From: an uncultured bacterium
GTDB taxonomy: Bacteria; Krumholzibacteriota; Krumholzibacteriia; Krumholzibacteriales; Krumholzibacteriaceae
Direction of reading: 5' to 3'
Length of the DNA stretch: 64,000 bases
Assembly: GCA_963786935.1 (NCBI GenBank)
Contig: CAWBAN010000001.1
Coordinates: 448,001 to 512,000, forward strand
Shown: positions 9,891-19,218 of the stretch, piece after piece
Position numbering within the stretch: the stretch's first letter is position 1
Layout: the number at the start of each line of letters is the position of its first letter
Position numbers and translations under genes: made by a program
The notes under the pieces: generated by a model
Seen by the model: only the letters and a program-made list of their open reading frames with translations
Told to the model about the DNA's origin: nothing
Database searches by the model: none

Positions 9891-10955
9891 TTGAAGAAGA
9901 TTCTGTTCGTCTGCGAGAACGACGCGACAAACCAGAGCACGAAGCATCGCGTGCTCGACGTGGTTTCGCACCTGAAGATCCCGGGCTCCCGGCTCTACTG
10001 CGGCGCCCCGGTCAGGATCGGCGGGAGCCGGGTCATGATGATCTCCGCCGCCGACTACGTGCGGATCGCGCGGGATCTCCGCGACGCGGATCTCCTGTTC
10101 ATCCAGCGGGCGAGCTGCGCCGGCACGTATCTCGTGTGCCGCTTCGCCCGGCGTCTCGGCGTGGAGATCGTGTTCGACGTCGACGACGCGATATTCACGA
10201 AACGCGTCTGCGGGATTAAGAATCCGCTCTACGCATGGTTCGACTCCGTCGCGCGCCTGGCGGACCGGGTGTTCGCGGGGAGCCGCGCCATCGAGGAGTA
10301 CGCGCGGGGCCTGAACGCGAACACGCTCCTCGTGCCCACCGCGGTGAATATGGAGATATTCGGCGCGCGGGGCGAGGCGCCCCGGCGGGCGGCGGGCACG
10401 GACGTCTTCACGATCGGATGGCTCGGCGCGGGGGAGATACACCTCCCGAGCCTCCTCCTCGTCAGGGAGCCGCTCCGCGAGCTCGCGAAGCGGCATCGGA
10501 TCAGGTTCAAGATGGTGAGCTCGCTCGGCTCGCGAAAGATCCGCGAGGCGTTCGGCGGCGTCGGCGGCCTCGAAATCGATTACGGGCGGGACGAATGGAT
10601 TCCGCTCGAGGAGATACCGGGCGAGATGGCGGGAGTCGACGCGAGCGTCATGCCGCTCGTCGACACGCCGTACGCCCGGGGGAAGTGCGCGCTCAAGGCG
10701 CTCGAATCGATGGCGATGAGGATTCCCGTCGTCGCGAGCGGCGTCGGCGAGAACAATCACATCATCAGGCACGGGGAGAACGGATATCTCGCGAACACGG
10801 CCGGCGAGTGGGTGCGCTGCATCGAGGAGCTGATCCGCGACGAGGCGAAGCGCCGCGCGGTCGCGGAGCGCGGCTTCGCGACCGTCGCGGCCGGCTACAC
10901 GATTCCGGTCGTGGCGCGGCGGATCGAAGAGGCGCTCGGGATCGGGGAGGACTGA
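9891..10955 (+). CDS. Glycosyltransferase family 4
   Basis: TTG start; FDVDDAIF, GKCALKALESMAMRIPVVAS. Confidence 0.85.
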   Translation: MKKILFVCENDATNQSTKHRVLDVVSHLKIPGSRLYCGAPVRIGGSRVMMISAADYVRIARDLRDADLLFIQRASCAGTYLVCRFARRLGVEIVFDVDDAIFTKRVCGIKNPLYAWFDSVARLADRVFAGSRAIEEYARGLNANTLLVPTAVNMEIFGARGEAPRRAAGTDVFTIGWLGAGEIHLPSLLLVREPLRELAKRHRIRFKMVSSLGSRKIREAFGGVGGLEIDYGRDEWIPLEEIPGEMAGVDASVMPLVDTPYARGKCALKALESMAMRIPVVASGVGENNHIIRHGENGYLANTAGEWVRCIEELIRDEAKRRAVAERGFATVAAGYTIPVVARRIEEALGIGED

Positions 10956-10961
10956 GGTTCC

Positions 10962-12116
10962 ATGGCGAAGACGAGCGTTCTGCACGTGCTCTCGACGAGC
11001 CGCTTCAGCGGCGCCGAAAATATCGCCGGACAGATATGCCGGCGCCTCGACCGCGGCGAGTTCGACGTCCGCATCCTCTGCAACGGCGGTCCGCTCCTGC
11101 GGAGATACCGCGACGGCGGGCTCGAGGCGATCGACCTGAACGTGAACGGATGCCTCCCGTGGAACGTGGCGTCGTTCGCCGGCGTCGTCCGCCGGCACGG
11201 CGTTCATATCGTTCACGCGCACGGGACGAGGGCCGCCGTCTTCGCGCTCCTCTGCCGCCCGCTCTCGGGGGGACGCTACCGGATCGTCTCGCACGTGCAC
11301 GGGTGCAGGCGCTGGCAGCGCGGGAGGAGCGTGCTGAGCGCCGTCGACCGGTTCCTCGCGGGCCGGTGCGACATGAACATCGCCTGCGGCGGAGGGGTGT
11401 ACGATCACCTCATGAGCGGGGGAGCCGGTCCGGATCCGTCGAAGGTGCGGGTCGTTTCGAACGCGCTCGAGCTCGCGTGCGACGCGGGGCCGGATATCGA
11501 TCACACCGTCGCCGGGCGCGCCTCGCGCGGCGGGGAGGGCGCCGACGCCCGGGGGCGCGGCGAGTTCGTGTTCGGATTCGTCGGGCGGTTCTCGAAGCCG
11601 AAGGGGCTCGTGCCGTTTCTCGAGAAGGTCATCGAGAACCGGGACGTGCTCGACGGCGCGCGCCTCGTTCTCGTCGGCGACGGAGCGGACGGAGCCGCCC
11701 TGCGGCGCATGGCGGCGGCGAGCGGCCTCTCCGGCTCGATCTCGTTCGAAGGCTATCGGGAGGACGCGCTCGCGCTGATGCGCGGCTTCGACGTGCTCGT
11801 GCTCCCGTCGATCAGCGAGGGGCTCCCCCTGGTGCTCCTCGAAGCGATGTCCGTCGCGAAGCCCGTTCTCGCCTTCGACGTCGGATCGGTCGCCGAGGCG
11901 CTCCGGGACGGGATCAACGGCCGTCTCGTGCCGGCGGGGGACTACGACGCGTTCATCCGGGGCATGCGGGAGATGAAGGCGTCGGGCGGAGCGATCGCCG
12001 AAATGGGGAAGCGGGGGAGCGCGCTGTTGACGAGCGAGTTCGGGATCGATCGATACATGCGGGAAATCGAATCGCTCTACCGGGGGCTCCGCGGCGTCGA
12101 GGAGCGGTCATGCTGA
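10962..12116 (+). CDS. Glycosyltransferase family 4
   Basis: GAE N-terminal motif; PSISEGLPLVLLEAM (EX7E). Confidence 0.9.
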   Translation: MAKTSVLHVLSTSRFSGAENIAGQICRRLDRGEFDVRILCNGGPLLRRYRDGGLEAIDLNVNGCLPWNVASFAGVVRRHGVHIVHAHGTRAAVFALLCRPLSGGRYRIVSHVHGCRRWQRGRSVLSAVDRFLAGRCDMNIACGGGVYDHLMSGGAGPDPSKVRVVSNALELACDAGPDIDHTVAGRASRGGEGADARGRGEFVFGFVGRFSKPKGLVPFLEKVIENRDVLDGARLVLVGDGADGAALRRMAAASGLSGSISFEGYREDALALMRGFDVLVLPSISEGLPLVLLEAMSVAKPVLAFDVGSVAEALRDGINGRLVPAGDYDAFIRGMREMKASGGAIAEMGKRGSALLTSEFGIDRYMREIESLYRGLRGVEERSC

Positions 12117-13279
12117 AGATACTGCAGCTCTGCGCGGTCGACTTCACGGCGTACCATCTCCTCCGTCCGCTCGGCGTCGGGCTCCGCGACGCGGGACACG
12201 AGGTCGCGTTCTGCTGCTCCGCCGGCGAAGGGCTCGACCTGCTCCGGGACGAAGGCTTCGGCGCGAAGGCGATTCCGTTCTCGAGGAACTACAACGTCGC
12301 GCATCACGCGCGCTCGTTCGCGACGCTCCTCGGCTACCTGCGGCGGGAGCGGTTCGACATCGTTCACGCGCACACGCCGGTCGCGGGGCTCATCGGACGG
12401 GCGGCGGCGAAGATCGCCGGCGCGCGCGGCATCGTGTATACGGCGCACGGATTCTACTTCCACGACGGGATGAGCCCGCGGACGCACGCCTTCTTCGCGG
12501 GGCTCGAGCGGTCCGCGGCGGCGATCACCGACGTCATCTTCGTGCAGAGCGAGGAGGACCGGGAGGATGCGATGCGGCTCGGGATCGCCCCGGCGGAGAA
12601 GCTCGTCCATATCGGGAACGGCGTCGATCCGGCGAAGTTCGGCAGGGACGCGCACGCCGCCGCGGCGTCGGCGTTCCGGGAGCGGCACGCGCTCGGCGTC
12701 GGGCCCGTCATCGGGTTCGTCGGGAGAACGGTTCGCGAAAAGGGAGCGATCGAGTTCGTGCGCGCCGCCGCGATCGTGCGCGCCGCGATCCCCGGCGCGA
12801 AGTTCGTCATGGTCGGCGAGCCGCTCCGGAGCGATCGCGACAGCTGCTGGGACGAGATCGTGCGCCTGCGGGACGAGCTCGGCCTCGGGAACGATCTCGT
12901 GCTCACCGGATACCGCGCGGACGTGCCGGCGCTGCTGGCCTCGTTCGATCTCTTCGCGCTCCCGAGCTACCGCGAGGGCATGCCGCGCGCCCTCCTCGAG
13001 GCGATGGCGACCGGACTCCCCGTCGTCGCTACGGCGATCCGCGGCTGCAGGGAGGAGGTCGTGAACGGGAAGACGGGGATCCTCGTTCCGCCGCGGGACG
13101 CGGAGGCGCTCGCCGCGGCGATGAAGGGGATCCTGCTGTCGGACGATCTCGCGGCGCGGATGGGGGCGGAAGGGCGCGCGCGGGTGCTCGCGAAGTTCGA
13201 CGAGCGGAGGATCGTGGCGCTCCAGATCGACCACATCGGCCGCGTCGCGCGGAACAAGATCGGCGCGGGGCCCCGGTGA
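12110..13279 (+). CDS. Glycosyltransferase family 4
   Basis: HAHTPVAG, YTAHGFYF, PSYREGMPRALLEAMA. Confidence 0.92.
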   Translation: MLKILQLCAVDFTAYHLLRPLGVGLRDAGHEVAFCCSAGEGLDLLRDEGFGAKAIPFSRNYNVAHHARSFATLLGYLRRERFDIVHAHTPVAGLIGRAAAKIAGARGIVYTAHGFYFHDGMSPRTHAFFAGLERSAAAITDVIFVQSEEDREDAMRLGIAPAEKLVHIGNGVDPAKFGRDAHAAAASAFRERHALGVGPVIGFVGRTVREKGAIEFVRAAAIVRAAIPGAKFVMVGEPLRSDRDSCWDEIVRLRDELGLGNDLVLTGYRADVPALLASFDLFALPSYREGMPRALLEAMATGLPVVATAIRGCREEVVNGKTGILVPPRDAEALAAAMKGILLSDDLAARMGAEGRARVLAKFDERRIVALQIDHIGRVARNKIGAGPR

Positions 13280-13330
13280 ATAGCGGCGGGCGATCGCGCC
13301 GGAACGCCGCCCGCGGCGCCCAGAAATAGC

Positions 13331-13359
13331 TTGTTATCACCCATTTCGTTCGTTATCAT
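13331..13359 (+). promoter_or_regulatory. Putative sigma70 promoter for the wecA-fusion gene
   Basis: TTGTTA-N17-TATCAT in an AT-rich intergenic region. Confidence 0.45.
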
Positions 13360-13403
13360 CAGCCAATCGGACAGACGGCGGCGCCGCATCGAAAGCTCAA
13401 GCT

Positions 13404-15914
13404 ATGGCTGAACTCCTGCTTTTTCTCGAAGCATTCCTCATCTCGTACCTCCTCACCGGTGCGATCCTTCGCTTTTCGCTCGAGCGGCGGCTCCTCGACA
13501 TTCCGAACGACCGGAGCTCGCACGTCGTGCCGAAGCCGCGCCTCGGCGGCATCGCGATCACGATCTCCTTCTACGCCGCGTTCGCGACCATGCTTGCGCT
13601 CGGATTCAAGCCCTTCGCGACGACGGCGATCCTCGCGGGTGTGCTCGGCGGCGGCGTGGTCATCGCCGCGTCGGGGCTCGTCGACGATCTCCGCGGCCTC
13701 GACGCGAGGATCAAGCTTATCGCGCAGTTCGCCGCGGCCGCCATCGCGGTCGCCTCGGGAGTCGTGCTCCGGGAATTCGGCATTCCCCTCGTCGGATCGC
13801 TCGACCTCGGGCCCCTCGCCGTGCCCGCCACGATCCTCTGGATCGTCGCGCTCATCAACTTTTACAACTTCATCGACGGCATCGACGGCCTCGCGGCAGG
13901 TATCGGGCTCATCGCGTCGGCGTTTTTCTACTACATCGCGGGGATGACGGGGGCCGCGCCGCTCAAGGGGATCTACGCGATTCTCGCCGGATCCTCGTTC
14001 GGGTTCCTGCGGTTCAATTTCCCGCCGGCGCGCATCTTCATGGGGGACACGGGGAGCACCTTCATCGGGTACGCGTTCGCCGTCATGTCGGTCGTCGCGC
14101 AGGGGGCGGGGATCCCGGCGTTTCTCACGGTCCTGCTCCTCGGCGGGGTCATCGGGGACGCGGCGCTCACGCTCGTGCGCCGCGCGCTGCGGCGGGAGCG
14201 GCTCTTTTCGCCGCACAAGACGCACTACTACCAGCGCCTCACGACGCTCGGCCTTTCCCACAAGCAGGTCACGCTCATCGAGTATTTCATCGCGGCGCTC
14301 CTCGGCGTGAGCGCCATCCTCGCGTTCCACAAGCCGTGGACGTTCGTCACCTTTCTTTCCGTGATCTGGACCGGATTCTTCCTGTGGGCGCTCGCGAAGA
14401 TCCGGAGCATGGAGAAGGGGGAGAGCCTCATCTGGAAGGGGCGCGCGGTCGGCGTCGCGTTCGGCGATCTCGCGTTCATCGCGCTGAGCTACGTTCTGAG
14501 CTACTACCTGCGGCTCAATTTCAAGCTGCCGCCGGGGGGCGAGACGAGCTCGATGCTGATCAGTCTTCCCATCGTCATCGTGATCCGCACGGCCATGTTT
14601 TACGCGTACGGGCTCTACCGCAGCATCTGGCGCTATACGACCTTCGACGATCTCGTGCGCATCGCGAAGGCCGTGTCCATCGGCTCGGCGATCATGGTCG
14701 TCTCCTTCACCCTCCTCTTCCGCTTCAAGTCGTTTCCGCGGTCGGTGTTCATCATCGACTGGTTCATCCTCACCGTCTTCATGACCGGCTCGCGCGTCGC
14801 GGCGCGGTGGTTCCACGAGCTTCCGTCGCGCGAGGAGATCACCGGCGCGCGGGTCATCATCGCGGGAACGGGCCCGCTCGCCGAGCTCATCTCGCGGCGC
14901 GTGCGCAAGTCGGGCACGATGCGGGCGATCGGATATCTCGACGACCGCGCCGAGATGACGCACCGCGTGATTCACGGGCTCGAGGTGCTCGGGCCCATCG
15001 CGAAGGTCGAGGAGATCGCGCGCGCGCATCGCGCCGACGAGATCATCTTCGTCGGAGCGACCGAGGGGCGCATGACGCAGGAATCGCGCGCGCGCCTCGC
15101 CGGAGCGGGGATCCGTGTCCGCGCCGTCTCCGATCCGGCCGAGATCGGCGCGGAGCCCGAGGATCGCCGCGGCGCGTCGCCGTGCGCGCGGCGGAGCGTG
15201 CTCGTCGCCGGCAACGGCCCGCTCGTGGAGCAGGCGTGCGAGCTCTTCTCCGAGGCGGCGAACCTGACCGTCGTGTCCGACGAGGGCGCGGCGCTCGAAA
15301 AGGCGTCGCGGCATCTGGAAACGGGTAATCCGCGCCCGGCGTTTTTCCTCGGGATCGCCGGCGAGCGCGCCTCGATGCGGCGCGTCCTCGCGCTGCGCCG
15401 CCCCGAATGCGTCTTCGCCGATTTCACGTTCCGCGAGGCGGACATCGGGAACGCCGACGAGGCCTATCTGCGGACGGTCGTGCTGCCGCTCGAGAAGCTG
15501 GCCTCGGAGACCGCGCGGATGCCGGAGGCCTCGCTCGTCGTGATCGAGCGGGGCATGACGGCGAAACCCGACGCGGCCGTTCAGGCGATGGAGCTTGTCC
15601 TCCTCGACGCGTTCCGCCGGCACCCGGCGCGTCTCGCCGTCGCGAGGCTCGACGAGGATCCCGGCGTATGGCAATGGCCGCGCGTGATGGACGATCTCCT
15701 CAGTGCGGGGGGAGGGGTCTTCCGGATCGTCCCCGCTCCGGACGGCTCGGAGGGGCTGTCGGCGGTGAAATGCGTCATCGACGGTCCCGTGCCGGACTGC
15801 GCCTCGGCGTTGCTCGAGACGTCGCGGCTGCTCGAAGACGGGAACGCCGCGTCCGCGATGCAGGCGCTCCGGGGGCTCGCGCCCCTGTCTCCGGTGAGGG
15901 ATCATGTGCGGTGA
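13404..15914 (+). CDS. WecA/MraY-family undecaprenyl-phosphate GlcNAc-1-P transferase fused to a CapD/PglF-like region with a degenerate SDR domain
   Basis: DIPNDRSSH..P.PRLGG, GLVDD, NFIDGIDGLA, FNFPPARIFMGDTGS, H.THYYQRL; then GLYRSIWRY TM block, GYLDD CoA-binding-like region and a remnant Rossmann fold. Confidence 0.85.
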   Translation: MAELLLFLEAFLISYLLTGAILRFSLERRLLDIPNDRSSHVVPKPRLGGIAITISFYAAFATMLALGFKPFATTAILAGVLGGGVVIAASGLVDDLRGLDARIKLIAQFAAAAIAVASGVVLREFGIPLVGSLDLGPLAVPATILWIVALINFYNFIDGIDGLAAGIGLIASAFFYYIAGMTGAAPLKGIYAILAGSSFGFLRFNFPPARIFMGDTGSTFIGYAFAVMSVVAQGAGIPAFLTVLLLGGVIGDAALTLVRRALRRERLFSPHKTHYYQRLTTLGLSHKQVTLIEYFIAALLGVSAILAFHKPWTFVTFLSVIWTGFFLWALAKIRSMEKGESLIWKGRAVGVAFGDLAFIALSYVLSYYLRLNFKLPPGGETSSMLISLPIVIVIRTAMFYAYGLYRSIWRYTTFDDLVRIAKAVSIGSAIMVVSFTLLFRFKSFPRSVFIIDWFILTVFMTGSRVAARWFHELPSREEITGARVIIAGTGPLAELISRRVRKSGTMRAIGYLDDRAEMTHRVIHGLEVLGPIAKVEEIARAHRADEIIFVGATEGRMTQESRARLAGAGIRVRAVSDPAEIGAEPEDRRGASPCARRSVLVAGNGPLVEQACELFSEAANLTVVSDEGAALEKASRHLETGNPRPAFFLGIAGERASMRRVLALRRPECVFADFTFREADIGNADEAYLRTVVLPLEKLASETARMPEASLVVIERGMTAKPDAAVQAMELVLLDAFRRHPARLAVARLDEDPGVWQWPRVMDDLLSAGGGVFRIVPAPDGSEGLSAVKCVIDGPVPDCASALLETSRLLEDGNAASAMQALRGLAPLSPVRDHVR

Positions 15915-17175
15915 ACCTCGTTCCGGGACGGCCGCCGCGGTTCCGCTCGCGCTTCACGTCTCTCTCGGCGTCTTCGTATTCGCCTCGACGTTCTCCATCG
16001 CCCTCACCCAGACTGCCCTCGGCGCGGCGCTCATCCTCTGGCTCGTTTTCGCCGCGCGGGGGAGGGCCCCCGGGCCGCGGCGCACGATGCTCGACGCGCC
16101 GTTCCTCGTCTTCGTCGCCGTATCGCTCGCGGCCGCGCTCCTGTCGGATCAGCGCGTCGAGAGCCTCATGCACCTGAAGAACTACGCGCTCATCGCGGTC
16201 GTCTATCTCGTCGCGGCGCTGCTCGCGACGAGGCGCGCGGCGCTCGGACAATTCCTGGCGCTCCTCGTGTCGGGGGCGGGCGTGTCGGCGTACGGGATCG
16301 CGATCTATCTACTCGGCAAGGGAACGGGCACGCTCGGGCGCACGCCCGGCCCCTTCTCGAACGCGATGACCTTCGGCGGAATGCTCCTCATCCTGAGCTC
16401 GCTGTACGTCGCCGTCGCGGCGGGGAAGGGATCGCCGCGGAGGCTGCGGCTCGCGTCGGCGGCCGCCGCCGCCGTTTCGCTCGCCGCGCTGTTCTTCAGC
16501 TTCACCCGGAGCTCGTGGCTGGGCGCCGTCGCGTCGACGGTCGTCATCCTCGCGATTCTGCGGCGGAAATGGCTCGTTCCCTTCGTCGCCGCGCTCACGC
16601 TCTTCGTGATCCTGCTTCCCGCCCCGTACCGCGACCGCGTAGAGAGCATCTGGAACCTGAAGCACATGACGAACGTGCACCGCCTCCAGCTCCTCGAGGG
16701 GGGTGTCCGGATCGTCAAGGAGCATCCGGTCATCGGCGTCGGCACGAAGGATCTCGCCGACGAGTACCGGGCTCACATGCCGCCCGGCGCCGTGCAGGTC
16801 TTCGGGCACATGCACAACATCTTCCTCCAGATCGCCGTTCAGATGGGATTCATCGGGCTCGCCGCGTTCTGCTGGCTGCTCGTTTCCTTTTTCCGGCTCA
16901 TCGCCGGCAACCTGAAGCTCGATCTCCCGCCGCCCGAGCGGGCGTGGGCGGCGGGCTCCCTCGGGGCGCTCGCCGGATTCGTGGTGAACGGTCTCTTCGA
17001 GTGGAACTTCGGCGACGCCGAGGTGCTGACCCTGCTCTATATCGTTCTCGGCGCCAATCTCGCGCTTGCGCGCCTCGGACGGCCGGCGGCGGGCGGAGCG
17101 GAGGGCGCGACCGGTCCGCGCGGAAATGCGCCCCGCGGCGAAAGCCCGTTTGCATCCGCGCCGCGTATCGGTTAG
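15904..17175 (+). CDS. O-antigen ligase family (Wzy_C) membrane protein
   Basis: Multi-TM; SFTRSSWLG, HPVIGVG, HMHNIFLQ motifs. Confidence 0.88.
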   Translation: MCGEPRSGTAAAVPLALHVSLGVFVFASTFSIALTQTALGAALILWLVFAARGRAPGPRRTMLDAPFLVFVAVSLAAALLSDQRVESLMHLKNYALIAVVYLVAALLATRRAALGQFLALLVSGAGVSAYGIAIYLLGKGTGTLGRTPGPFSNAMTFGGMLLILSSLYVAVAAGKGSPRRLRLASAAAAAVSLAALFFSFTRSSWLGAVASTVVILAILRRKWLVPFVAALTLFVILLPAPYRDRVESIWNLKHMTNVHRLQLLEGGVRIVKEHPVIGVGTKDLADEYRAHMPPGAVQVFGHMHNIFLQIAVQMGFIGLAAFCWLLVSFFRLIAGNLKLDLPPPERAWAAGSLGALAGFVVNGLFEWNFGDAEVLTLLYIVLGANLALARLGRPAAGGAEGATGPRGNAPRGESPFASAPRIG

Positions 17176-17178
17176 AAT
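17150..17178 (+). promoter_or_regulatory. Putative promoter giving a leaderless transcript for the UbiA-family gene
   Basis: TTGCAT-N17-TAGAAT; ATG begins after a 7-nt gap from the -10, with no SD. Confidence 0.5.
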
Positions 17179-17185
17179 TGGATTC

Positions 17186-18076
17186 ATGATGAAGCTCTGG
17201 TACATCGTCGTTTCGATGCGGCCCCGGCAGTGGACGAAGAACCTCGTCCTCTTCGCCGGCGTCGTCTTTTCGATGCACCTCTTCGAGCTCTCGCTCCTCG
17301 AGCGAAGCCTCTACGGCTTCATCGTCTTCTGTCTCATGTCGGGCGCGATCTACATCGTGAACGACATTTCCGACCGCGCGCGGGACCGCGAGCATCCGGT
17401 GAAGCGGAAGCGTCCGATCGCCGCCGGGCTCCTGAGTCCCGCGGAGGCGCTGCCCGTCGCCGTGGCGATTCTCGCCGCCGCGCTCGCCGTCTCGTGGATT
17501 CTCGGGAGCGGATTTTTCGCCGTCGCCGCCGCATTCATCGCGATCAATTTCGCCTACTCGTTCTTCCTCAGGGGCATCGTGATCCTCGACGTGTTCTCGA
17601 TCTCGTTCAATTTCCTGCTCCGGGCCGTGGGGGGGGTCGCCGTGCTGAAGGAGAGCGTGCCGAACATCGAGATCAGCCCCTGGCTCCTCATCTGCACGCT
17701 GTTCCTCTCGCTCTTCCTCGCGTTCTGCAAGCGCCGGAACGAGATCGAATTTCTCGACGAGGCCGCGGAGCACCGCGCCTCCCTGAAGGATTATTCGGTG
17801 CTGCTCCTCGATCAGCTCGTCGGGCTCTCGGCGACGACCGCGCTCGTCTCGTATTCGATCTACACGGTATGGCCGAGCACCGTCGAGAAATTCGGCACGA
17901 GCAACCTCGTTTACACGATCCCCTTCGTGGTGTTCGGGATCATGCGATATCTGTACATCGTGTACCGGCGGAACGAGGGGGGAGATCCGTCGGGCATTCT
18001 CCTCACCGAGAAGTCGATTCTCGCGACGGTGTTCCTCTGGGCCGTGGCGGTGATCTGGATCCTCTGGCGGTCGTGA
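17186..18076 (+). CDS. UbiA-family decaprenyl-phosphate phosphoribosyltransferase-like protein
   Basis: MRPRQWTKN, NDISD...HPVKRKRPIAAG, KRRNE, FGIMRYLY motifs of the DPPR-synthase subfamily. Confidence 0.85.
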   Translation: MMKLWYIVVSMRPRQWTKNLVLFAGVVFSMHLFELSLLERSLYGFIVFCLMSGAIYIVNDISDRARDREHPVKRKRPIAAGLLSPAEALPVAVAILAAALAVSWILGSGFFAVAAAFIAINFAYSFFLRGIVILDVFSISFNFLLRAVGGVAVLKESVPNIEISPWLLICTLFLSLFLAFCKRRNEIEFLDEAAEHRASLKDYSVLLLDQLVGLSATTALVSYSIYTVWPSTVEKFGTSNLVYTIPFVVFGIMRYLYIVYRRNEGGDPSGILLTEKSILATVFLWAVAVIWILWRS

Positions 18077-18093
18077 GCGGGGAGTCTCGATTC

Positions 18094-19179
18094 ATGGCGT
18101 CGAAAGTCGCAGTCGTTCGAACGAAGCCTCAAACGGTCCTCGAGGATTACGCGCGCGCGATGGATCTCGCCGAGGCGCCGCGGCATCTCACGGCGCAGCG
18201 CGAGCTCCTGCTCAAGCTCAACCTCTCGTGGACGAAATATTTCCCCGCGTGCTCGAGCCAGCCGTGGCAGCTCGAGGGGGTCGCGAAGTACCTGCTCGCG
18301 CACGGATACCGGAGCGATCAGATCCTCCCTATCGAGAACAAGACGGTGGTGACGAATCCGCGCAAGGGGGTCGTCAACAACCTGTGGCTCCCCGTGCTCG
18401 AGCGATACGGGCTCGGCTTCACGCCGCTCCCCGAGGTCGAATGGAAGGTACACCGGTTCCGCGAGCCGCTCCTGCGGCTCCCCTCGATCTTTCCCGAGGG
18501 AATCGAGATACCGGCCATGTTCGAGGGGAAGGACATCCTCCATCTCCCGACGGTCAAGACGCACGGCCACTCGATCACGACGGGCGCCGTCAAGAACGCC
18601 TTCGGCGGGCTGCTGAAGGAGGTCCGCCATTTCGCGCACAAGTACATCCACGAGGTGCTCGTCGATCTCCTCATCATGCAGCGCGAGCTCCATCCGAACG
18701 TCTTCGCCGTCATGGACGGCACCGTGTGCGGCGACGGCGCGGGGCCGCGCACGATGGAGCCGGTCGTCGGGAACGTCGTGCTCGCCTCGGCCGATTCGGT
18801 CGCGATCGACGCGGTCGCCGCGCGGATCATGGGCTTCGATCCGATGACGATTCCGTACCTCCGCATGGCGACCGAACGCGGCCTCGGCGAGGCCCGGCTC
18901 GAGCGGATCGAGATCGCCGGCGAGGACCCCGCCTCGTTCGGCTTCCGTTTCAAAACGAAGCGGAGCTTCGTCATCTGGGGGGATCAGATGCTCCGCCTCG
19001 GCCCGCTGCGCTTTCTCGAGAAGCTCGCGCTCCATTCGCCGCTCGCCTTCTGGGCGCCGATGGCGTCGAACCTCTATCACGACGCGTTCTGGTACCCGAC
19101 GATCGGGCGGCGGAAGATCGACCGGTTCAACGGGACTGAGTGGGGGGAGCTCTGGCGTGAGTACCGGAAACGCCCGTGA
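18094..19179 (+). CDS. DUF362 domain protein
   Basis: LKLNLSW, LPTVKTH, TGAVKNAFGG, DGTVCGDGAGP, D.VAIDA motifs. Confidence 0.8.
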   Translation: MASKVAVVRTKPQTVLEDYARAMDLAEAPRHLTAQRELLLKLNLSWTKYFPACSSQPWQLEGVAKYLLAHGYRSDQILPIENKTVVTNPRKGVVNNLWLPVLERYGLGFTPLPEVEWKVHRFREPLLRLPSIFPEGIEIPAMFEGKDILHLPTVKTHGHSITTGAVKNAFGGLLKEVRHFAHKYIHEVLVDLLIMQRELHPNVFAVMDGTVCGDGAGPRTMEPVVGNVVLASADSVAIDAVAARIMGFDPMTIPYLRMATERGLGEARLERIEIAGEDPASFGFRFKTKRSFVIWGDQMLRLGPLRFLEKLALHSPLAFWAPMASNLYHDAFWYPTIGRRKIDRFNGTEWGELWREYRKRP

Positions 19180-19218
19180 TCCCGCGCCGCGCGCCCGCAT
19201 TTCAGGCGGCCCGAACAT

